From an uncultured Dehalococcoidaceae bacterium (GTDB lineage: Bacteria > Chloroflexota > Dehalococcoidia > Dehalococcoidales > RBG-16-60-22), in assembly GCA_964623035.1 (NCBI GenBank), contig CAZUSN010000001.1, positions 1 through 33,439 on the forward strand: 33,439 nt of DNA, written 5' to 3'. Each line of letters opens with the position of its first letter. Position 1 is the first letter of the stretch. The translations under genes were made by a program, and so were the position numbers. Of the stretch, positions 18,401 to 24,144 are shown piece after piece. Below the pieces are notes generated by a model. It did not search any database, was not told the origin of the DNA, and worked only from the letters and a program-made list of their open reading frames with translations.

Positions 18401-18456
18401 TCTGCTCTGCTCTCACCACCCCCATCACACCCATTGAGGAAAAAGCAAGGAGGTGA
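15442..18456 (+). CDS. Membrane sensor with c-di-GMP turnover domains: 7TM (HisKA_7TM-like)-GAF-GAF-GGDEF-HD-GYP
   Basis: The ~290-aa polytopic N-terminus ends in YATIRHQLVDIRIVLR. Two GAF-like regions follow. The GGDEF domain carries RSAD (I-site) 5 residues before an intact GGDEF (RYGGDEFAIL). The HD-GYP domain carries LHDIGKI and HHERYDGQGYP. Confidence 0.85.
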   Translation: MNIYALIPLAAVVSYIPLLLTAISSRPWQTRHKLFILFLIAAMSWSLTDIFLRSNAFPQYNNLLLKFILITYTWTAVQFHCFVSSFFAPGQGRWLPLAYASFAMVIILVLTGHVAEGVTVDGDKLYLHYGGGIIFLALPLLVLACRVTYVFGKQLRVLDNPVLRNQIFSLLLGLFVLISFTLAALLPWGREYAVTHFGNIINALILSYATIRHQLVDIRIVLRSGLSWVSLGLIGTICYGLLLIIIGTVLDVKLDFRAITIATLIAILVAILVYRLRSYLFVTMGKAFQGQSYHYRAKLAEFASKIHNIFSLKEQGGELLSLVTKAIGCKRAYLMFLEAGSQDFTVKFVEPGGKENSPPNLRLSGQSPIVEYLRRERKLLTKESLAILPEFRGLWEEEKGEIKSNEIDLFVPLISRDRLIGILALDKKQPGRYSLEDFYLLEDVTKQVAVSIEKEYLRERLREREEELSVINRCSAIITSSLDIQGIYNSFIEELKKVVDFSWSSIVLIENNYLRFLALASEIGSTWKVGDRILLKGTATEWIIAHKEALVEPDLTKGSRFVTGKYHLKQGVRSIVYLPLFAKGEAIGSFIVASLKPNAHNQRHLMLLEQLASQIAMSIENSRLYAEAEEKARVDELTGLLNRRSLDELMVTEISRHSRYGGVFSLIIFDLDSFKAFNDHYGHLAGDKLLGKIGSITRNTIRSADQAFRYGGDEFAILLPSTPIDAANQVAERIRKQIASKVKTSHIPITASLGLASWPADGIGAQEVIAAADAALYHAKREGGNRSYCASGTLVPLNETAVSAKDVEDSETLNAIYALAATVDAKDHYTHSHWKKVKDYAVTLAKALNLETAEIVKLETCALLHDIGKIGISEKILNKPGKLTAEEWEVIKSHPQVGVNIVSHASQLACCLPVILYHHERYDGQGYPKGLRGEEIPLEARVLALADAFAAMTSERTYSNALSFEEALEEIKQGAGKQFDPQLAEVFCSALTTPITPIEEKARR

Positions 18457-18505
18457 CACTACTGAGATTGAACTCATTAAAACCAGATTCAAGAAGGTGA
18501 GAAAG

Positions 18506-19180
18506 ATGAACAAAACACAGGTCATTATCATTAGTCAGCAATCACTATTTCGGCAGGGAATAGAGCACGCGCTTTCCAAGCTTCGAGACATCAATGTTAG
18601 CGCTACGGCTGAGGTTAAGGATGAAGTCTTATCAATTATCGATAATTCGCCCCCTGACGTGGCCCTGGTGGATATTGATACCCCCACTGACGGCGGGTTG
18701 AAATTATCCCGTAAGATAAAGCAACGCCTGCCCACCATTGGCGTAGTCGTCCTTACTTCGAATCCAGACGACGCTCAGCTCTTTCAGGCACTTAAAGCTC
18801 AGGCAGTAGCTTATTTAAGCAAGGAAGTTAGCCCTGATGAATTGGTTAATACCATCAGGCGTGTTGCCCGTGGTGAACACCCAATAAACGAAAGTCTGAC
18901 TACCCGACCAAAACTGGCGGAACAAGTATTGCATCAGTTCCAGGAACTTTCCTGGCGGAGCGAAACCGAAGGTCTTATCGCGCCACTTACCCCCAGGGAG
19001 ATGGAAATCCTCAATTACATCGCTCAGGGCTTTCTCAATAAGCAGATTGCCGCTGAGCTTGACATTAGCGAACAGACCATAAAAAATCATGTTACTTCAA
19101 TTCTGCGCAAATTAAATGCTAACGCCCGTACTGAAGCAGTAGTTGTCGCTCTAAAGCAAGGCTTAATCTCTCTCAGTTAG
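18506..19180 (+). CDS. LuxR/NarL-family response regulator with atypical receiver (acidic pocket lost)
   Basis: The receiver aligns with the gene at 20469, but VVDDH is replaced by IISQQ. The Asp (LVDIDTP), Thr (VLTSN) and Lys (YLSKE) are kept. C-terminal LuxR HTH: LTPREMEILNYIAQGFLNKQIAAELDISEQTIKNHVTSILRKL. ATG 18506 has a GAAGGTGA SD. Confidence 0.8.
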   Translation: MNKTQVIIISQQSLFRQGIEHALSKLRDINVSATAEVKDEVLSIIDNSPPDVALVDIDTPTDGGLKLSRKIKQRLPTIGVVVLTSNPDDAQLFQALKAQAVAYLSKEVSPDELVNTIRRVARGEHPINESLTTRPKLAEQVLHQFQELSWRSETEGLIAPLTPREMEILNYIAQGFLNKQIAAELDISEQTIKNHVTSILRKLNANARTEAVVVALKQGLISLS

Positions 19181-19236
19181 AGGACACCACATCTATTCCA
19201 ATGTGCTATTTGTTTAGGCGACTGCTTCTTACTCTC

Positions 19237-19265
19237 TTGACATTCGTTATATAGGGAATTACTAT
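19237..19265 (+). promoter_or_regulatory. Sigma70-like promoter (TTGACA-17 nt-TACTAT) for the kinase/regulator pair
   Basis: TTGACA at 19237-19242, a 17-nt spacer, and TACTAT at 19260-19265, about 23 nt before ATG 19289. Confidence 0.55.
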
Positions 19266-19288
19266 CTAGTTAAGAAAGAAGATAGAAA

Positions 19289-20467
19289 ATGCAGACCAGA
19301 TACGAAAAAGAGGCCTATCAGTTCCTAGCTGTCTACCGCTTTTTGGCTTATGCTCTGTCGGTGATGTTCACCCAGGTTACGCCTCTTTTACTAAGTGCCC
19401 CCAAAATGCCACCTCTCCAACTTTATTTGGTCTTGAGTATACTCGGCATATACACCATCCTGAAAGTCTTCTCCCCCATTCAGTGGCGGGAGAGGGGTAC
19501 GATGACCTATCTTATCCTGTTCGGTGATTTTGCCCTTTGTATCCTGCTGGTTACTTATACCAACGGCTTGAACAGCAGTTTCCTGCTCTATTCCCTCACC
19601 CCGATTATGACCGCGGCTCTGCTCTTTGAGGAAAGGGTAGCGCTTTCCCTGGCAGCTTTTGCTTCTATTTCCCTCTCCGTTACTCACCTGACCTTGAGCC
19701 AGTTCACTACAATGTATGCCTCGATTATGCAGGGACATAATCTCACTCTGCTCATCGTTTACACCCTTTTCTCCTTTGTCGTTGCCATGGTGCCTTATCG
19801 CATTAACCTGAACATCCGGCGCCGCATTGAAAGAGAGGCAATTATTGAGGAGCGCCGCCGCATTGCTCGGGAGATACATGATGGTGTGGCACAGTCACTG
19901 AGCTATCTTAATATGAAAACAAAAACAGTAAGCGACCTGCTTTCTTCCAAGGACACGGTGCAGGCAGTCACCGAGCTTGGTGAGATTCGGCAGGTGGTAC
20001 AGGATACCTACGAGGATATCAGGGAATCCATTGACCAATTGAGCACCGAGATAAGGAGCCGCCCTATACTTCAGGCTATCGGAAGCTACGTCCAGGAATT
20101 TGGCAATAACAACGGTATCCGGGTTCAATTTGGTATCTCCAGACCTCTTACCAGGCTTTCTCCGGTTGCCGAGTTGCAATTGCTGCGCATCGTGCAAGAG
20201 GCACTGACCAATGTTAGAAGACACGCTATGGCCAGTGAAGTAGTCGTGAAGCTGGAAAATACCTCAGCGACAGTGGAGATGAGCGTCAAGGACAATGGGC
20301 GGGGTTTCAATCTCCTGGACCTGGACAAATCTCCTCCTGGGTATCACGGCTTGAGCATTATCAAAGAGAGAGCCGAGGGACTTGGCGGCAGTGTGAATAT
20401 AGTAACCGCACCAGGTAAAGGAACCGAGATACAGGTCAGCCTCCCGGCGGAGAAAGTGAGGTTGTGA
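19289..20467 (+). CDS. Sensor histidine kinase, HisKA_3 (NarX/LiaS/DegS-type), membrane-embedded sensor
   Basis: About six hydrophobic segments joined by short loops only. H-box IAREIHDGVAQSL, N-box EALTNVRRHA, G1 VKDNGRGF and G2 region GLSIIKERAEGLGG. Confidence 0.85.
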   Translation: MQTRYEKEAYQFLAVYRFLAYALSVMFTQVTPLLLSAPKMPPLQLYLVLSILGIYTILKVFSPIQWRERGTMTYLILFGDFALCILLVTYTNGLNSSFLLYSLTPIMTAALLFEERVALSLAAFASISLSVTHLTLSQFTTMYASIMQGHNLTLLIVYTLFSFVVAMVPYRINLNIRRRIEREAIIEERRRIAREIHDGVAQSLSYLNMKTKTVSDLLSSKDTVQAVTELGEIRQVVQDTYEDIRESIDQLSTEIRSRPILQAIGSYVQEFGNNNGIRVQFGISRPLTRLSPVAELQLLRIVQEALTNVRRHAMASEVVVKLENTSATVEMSVKDNGRGFNLLDLDKSPPGYHGLSIIKERAEGLGGSVNIVTAPGKGTEIQVSLPAEKVRL

Positions 20468-20468
20468 G

Positions 20469-21137
20469 ATGGACACCCTCAAAGTACTTGTGGTGGATGA
20501 CCATGCCTTATTTCGCCGTGGCATCGCCACGGTGTTAGCCAACCAGAAAGACTTAAAGATAGTGGGAGAAGCCGCTGACGGATTGGAGGCAATAGAAAAG
20601 GCGGAAAAACTTGCCCCCGATGTCATCCTGATGGACCTGAACATGCCTCGTTGCAGCGGGCTGGAAGCCACTCAGGCACTCCATACCAAAATGCCTCAAG
20701 TAAATATCCTTGTCCTGACCGTCTCTGACAATGAGGCTGACCTTTTCGCCGCCATAAAATTTGGGGCTACTGGCTACATACTGAAGAACACCGAGCCAGA
20801 GGAGTTGATTCAGGCTATCTTTCACCTTGCTCAGGGTGGCGTAATCATCTCCCCGGTTATGGCAACAAAGCTACTTTCGGAATTCAAAGACTTGGAAACC
20901 GGGGCGGAGAAGAGACCGGTTAAAGAAGAGGCTAGCTTAAGTCCGCGAGAAGAAGAAGTATTACGCTTGGTGGCGCAGGGAGCCACCAACAAGGAAATCG
21001 CTGATTCATTGTTCATTTCCGAAAACACGGTGAAGACGCACCTGCGTAACATTATGGATAAGTTACACCTGGCAAACCGCAGTCAGGCAGCAGCTTATGC
21101 CGTGAAAAGGGGACTTTTGCCCAATCATCAGCCATAA
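20469..21137 (+). CDS. NarL/FixJ-family response regulator (canonical receiver + LuxR HTH)
   Basis: Receiver residues VVDDH, LMDLNMP, LTVSD and ILKNT are present. HTH: LSPREEEVLRLVAQGATNKEIADSLFISENTVKTHLRNIMDKL. The ATG lies 1 nt after the kinase TGA, suggesting translational coupling. Confidence 0.9.
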   Translation: MDTLKVLVVDDHALFRRGIATVLANQKDLKIVGEAADGLEAIEKAEKLAPDVILMDLNMPRCSGLEATQALHTKMPQVNILVLTVSDNEADLFAAIKFGATGYILKNTEPEELIQAIFHLAQGGVIISPVMATKLLSEFKDLETGAEKRPVKEEASLSPREEEVLRLVAQGATNKEIADSLFISENTVKTHLRNIMDKLHLANRSQAAAYAVKRGLLPNHQP

Positions 21138-21229
21138 GCAAGCTAAAATCATCCCCGAAACAGGGCTCTATCGCCCGAAAGGATTAGTTCTTATTTCCTA
21201 TTAGAAATCACCTCTTTGTAGGATTGTGA

Positions 21230-21258
21230 TTGACCCTACGATACTTTATGATTAAGAT
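21230..21258 (+). promoter_or_regulatory. Candidate sigma70-like promoter for the pilin genes (TTGACC-17 nt-TAAGAT)
   Basis: TTGACC at 21230-21235 and TAAGAT at 21253-21258. The right arm of an AATCAC-N14-GTGATT inverted repeat (21206-21231) overlaps the -35. Confidence 0.45.
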
Positions 21259-21318
21259 GCTTGCCTAAGTTAACACTGGCTAATCTAAGGCAAAAAAATT
21301 GTGGAAGGAGGTGAAAAA

Positions 21319-21801
21319 ATGAGATTGCCAAAGAGAGGAGAGAAAGGTTTCACCCTCATCGAGCTGCTGATTGTCGTCGCTATCCTGGGCGTGCTGGCAG
21401 CTGTGGTCATCCCCAATGTGGGAAGGTTCATCGGACGGGGTGAGGAAGAGGCGGCACAAACCGAGTTGAGCAACATCCAGACTGCGGTGATTGCCATGAT
21501 GACCGATAACCAGTTGGACTCTCTACCGACTGGCTTTGTCGGGACTCCGGCTACCGCTACCGCGAACATGAGCCTGTTCCCCCATCCTACGGCAGCTTGT
21601 GGAACCGTCAAGCTATTAGACCCAGATGGAAATTCCTACACCGCCAGTGATAAGGACGGATATATACTCTACGGGCATGACGTCACTGCCGACAACAGCA
21701 CGACACTCCTGTACAACTATGTCGCCTCGGAAATGTGCAAGGGTACCTACTATGTTGATTCGTTAGGCACGGTAACCCAACAGACCACCGGGTATGAATA
21801 A
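21319..21801 (+). CDS. pilA: Type IV major pilin, copy 1 (prepilin with class III signal)
   Basis: MRLPKRGEKG|FTLIELLIVVAILGVLAAVVIPNV is a canonical cleavage/methylation motif with Glu5. The mature protein is 150 aa with one Cys pair (C94, C140). GGAGGTGA SD. Confidence 0.9.
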   Translation: MRLPKRGEKGFTLIELLIVVAILGVLAAVVIPNVGRFIGRGEEEAAQTELSNIQTAVIAMMTDNQLDSLPTGFVGTPATATANMSLFPHPTAACGTVKLLDPDGNSYTASDKDGYILYGHDVTADNSTTLLYNYVASEMCKGTYYVDSLGTVTQQTTGYE

Positions 21802-21849
21802 TCTGCCTAAGATTAGCTAAGGAAAATAAGGTGAGGAGGAGGTGAAAAA

Positions 21850-22332
21850 ATGAAATTGCCGAAGAGAGGAGAGAAGGGGTTCACCCTGATTGAGCTTTTG
21901 ATTGTCGTCGCCATCCTGGGCGTGCTGGCAGCCGTGGTCATCCCCAACGTGGGAAGGTTTATCGGACGGGGTGAGGAGGAGGCAGCCGAAACTGAGTACA
22001 GCAACATCCAGACTGCGGTGGTCGCTATGATGGTTGATAACCAGTTGAGCACATTGCCGACTGGCTTTGTCGGGACTCCGGCTACCGCTACCGCGAACAT
22101 GAGCCTGTTCCCCCATCCTACGGCAGCTTGCGGAACTGTCAAGCTAACAGACCCAAATGGAGATGACTACACCGCCAGTGATAAAGACGGATATGTACTC
22201 TACGGGCATGATGTCACTGCCGACAACAGCACAGCCGCTCTAGTCAACTATGTCGCCTCGGAAATGTGCAAGGGTACCTACTATGTTGATGCCACAGGAA
22301 CGGTAACTCAACAGACTACCGGCTACGAGTAA
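21850..22332 (+). CDS. pilA: Type IV major pilin, copy 2 (paralogue of copy 1)
   Basis: MKLPKRGEKG|FTLIELLIVVAILGVLAAVVIPNV. It has the same length as copy 1, and substitutions cluster in a few head-domain patches. Confidence 0.9.
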   Translation: MKLPKRGEKGFTLIELLIVVAILGVLAAVVIPNVGRFIGRGEEEAAETEYSNIQTAVVAMMVDNQLSTLPTGFVGTPATATANMSLFPHPTAACGTVKLTDPNGDDYTASDKDGYVLYGHDVTADNSTAALVNYVASEMCKGTYYVDATGTVTQQTTGYE

Positions 22333-22446
22333 TTCGCCAGAAAAGATGGCGGGGAGTTATCTATATAAGCATTATCTGATATAACAAAGAGGCTATGGGA
22401 GGCGGGGTAAGGGAGAGAAGGATGATATGGGAGGGGTGGAGGTCAA

Positions 22447-22491
22447 GGAGAGATGCCCGAAAATTAGACAGAACGGGCGTCTCTCCTTTTT
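22447..22491 (+). terminator. Rho-independent terminator for the pilin genes
   Basis: 13-bp stem GGAGAGATGCCCG (22447-22459) / CGGGCGTCTCTCC (22474-22486) with one U-G pair and a 14-nt loop, followed by TTTTT. Confidence 0.75.
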
Positions 22492-22531
22492 CATCCCACT
22501 ATAGCTCAGGAATTGTTCCGGTTATGCCCAA

Positions 22532-22549
22532 ATGAGCTAAAGAGCTCAT
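22532..22549 (-). terminator. Weak hairpin downstream of the minus-strand PilM/N gene
   Basis: ATGAGCT-AAAG-AGCTCAT is a perfect 7-bp stem 19 nt past the stop at 22568. Only TT follows on the minus strand, so it is a weak candidate. Confidence 0.25.
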
Positions 22550-22567
22550 CAATTATTTTCTGCTGAC

Positions 22568-24112
22568 TTAACCACCTTCCGCAGCCAGAGGTTCCAGTGT
22601 AATAATACCACTGGTGGTATAAGGATAGCCCTCAGGCGGAGGAATAGGTGATAAAAATCGACCAATTTCCTCCAGAGCCTTTAAATATTCTCTAAAAGTA
22701 AGGTAATCCTCTGCCTTGCAGGTAACTTCAATGCTAGTGCCCCTATGCCTAATCGAATTCACCGTAACGCCAAGTTTCTCAGCCTCTCCAAAAATAACTT
22801 CTACGTCCTTCTCGAAACTGACCTCTCTATCAACAATCTTCTGATACTCAGCCACGGCTTTTTGCAGTGGTTCTCGCTTTTGTATCTCCCGCTTTTTCAA
22901 TTCCAGTTGACTATCTAGAGTCTTAAATTTTGCTTCCAAAATAGCCGTTTTTGACATAGCCTCGCTAGCTACATCAAATAGCGGAAATAGCAGGGCAAAA
23001 CCAGCAATGAGAACAATAATGGCATATACCTGCCTCGATGTTGGTCTCCAAGGGCGATAAGTCCCAGGCAGAAGATTAAGGTCCAGAGGTAAAATACCAT
23101 CCTGAACTTTATTCTTAGTTATTGCGGATTTTCGCAGGGCAAGCCCGATGTTAACCACGTATTGGGAAACAGGCAAATAAGCCGGGTATTTTACCGAAAG
23201 CACCAGCGGCTCAACGTGATAGCCCGATGTGGCATTCAGCCTCTCTACCAAGTCTGAGTTCATAGCCAACTGTCCGGTGACAACAAGAGGAGTTGCCGGG
23301 TCCAAGGGAGTCTCCAGATGATGCGAATTATAAAATTCTACGTTTGCTTCTAACATGGTCGTTAGATATTCGGCAGTTTCTTCAAGGGAAAGCTGGTTCG
23401 GGTTCCAGGCAATAGTTCGTATTACTTCCGGTACATTGTTCACCACGACAATAAGGTCAATGCTGGGGGAATCAATATTCAGGATAAGAGCCTGCTTCTT
23501 GTCGACCGCCCGAACTAACGCCATGGACCTGAGCTCCACCACGTAGGGGTCAATACCGGCTGCTTTTAGCGCGTGCACCTCTTCATCAATCACCTCTCGC
23601 GAGACACCCACGGCAAGGAAAAGCCGCTCATTCTCTCTATTTGAAATTGTTTGCCAAGCTAAATATCGCCTATGTTCCGGTAAAGGCATTGTCTCATTGG
23701 CAACCTCCAAAATCGCCTCCCCGGCGGTTGGTGCTGGAGGAAGAGCCGACTCCGATAGCACGCGACTTACCGTATAGAGCCCGCTGAGACTGGCAACGGC
23801 TTTCTTCGCCTTTATGCCACTTGAAGCCATGAGCTGCCTGACTGCCTTACCTAAAGCGGGAAGACCGGAAGCAGGTTCTTCCTCAGCAGGTTTGCTGGTT
23901 TCGAATGAGGCTTCAGCCCATTTTTTGACCACATTGCCTTTCATCTCAAGGAGCCTGATGCTTTTGCTGTCAATATCAAGTGTTATCACCGGCCTACCCA
24001 GCCACTCCTCCAGTTTCCCAGTTATGCTCCTGACGATAGCACGCAGGGCACTGTTTAAATCCATGGATAAGACGCCGCTTTTGGTCCGGGCTTTTCCTTT
24101 TTTCTCAGCCAA
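22568..24112 (-). CDS. PilM-PilN fusion protein, second copy (paralogue of 9170-10621)
   Basis: ITLDIDSKSIRLLEMKGNVVKKWAE parallels VTLYIDDTSIRMLLTQGKRIKKWAD. It has the TM helix VYAIIVLIAGFALLFPLF, a coiled coil, and a PilN-like C-domain (IEVTCKAEDYLTFREYLKALEEIGRF). TTG start with GGGGAAGGT SD. Confidence 0.7.
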   Translation of the reverse strand: MAEKKGKARTKSGVLSMDLNSALRAIVRSITGKLEEWLGRPVITLDIDSKSIRLLEMKGNVVKKWAEASFETSKPAEEEPASGLPALGKAVRQLMASSGIKAKKAVASLSGLYTVSRVLSESALPPAPTAGEAILEVANETMPLPEHRRYLAWQTISNRENERLFLAVGVSREVIDEEVHALKAAGIDPYVVELRSMALVRAVDKKQALILNIDSPSIDLIVVVNNVPEVIRTIAWNPNQLSLEETAEYLTTMLEANVEFYNSHHLETPLDPATPLVVTGQLAMNSDLVERLNATSGYHVEPLVLSVKYPAYLPVSQYVVNIGLALRKSAITKNKVQDGILPLDLNLLPGTYRPWRPTSRQVYAIIVLIAGFALLFPLFDVASEAMSKTAILEAKFKTLDSQLELKKREIQKREPLQKAVAEYQKIVDREVSFEKDVEVIFGEAEKLGVTVNSIRHRGTSIEVTCKAEDYLTFREYLKALEEIGRFLSPIPPPEGYPYTTSGIITLEPLAAEGG

Positions 24113-24144
24113 GTTTACCTTCCCCTTTATTCACGTTACCAAAG

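Larger units (their letters stand above)
21307..22332 (+). repeat. Tandem duplication (531-bp register) of RBS + pilin gene
   Basis: GGAGGTGAAAAAATGA starts both copies (ATG 21319 and ATG 21850). The copies are colinear with no indels in the CDS. They share identical blocks at 21526-21599 = 22057-22130 (74 nt) and at about 21714-21759 (46 nt). Confidence 0.9.

Noticed and set aside
21285-22142. Two long antisense ORFs (108 and 109 aa, MTVPQAAVGWGNRLMFAVAVAGVPTKPVG...) opposite both pilin genes
   Set aside because: They are mirror images of the duplicated pilin CDS, so their similarity simply reflects the duplication. They have no SD, their composition is odd and low-complexity, and the sense strand encodes textbook prepilins.
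21319-22332. Geobacter-like conductive e-pilin
   Set aside because: The mature pilins are 150 aa with a full globular head and a disulfide pair, not truncated ~60-aa pilins. Aromatic residues are not unusually dense or regularly spaced.
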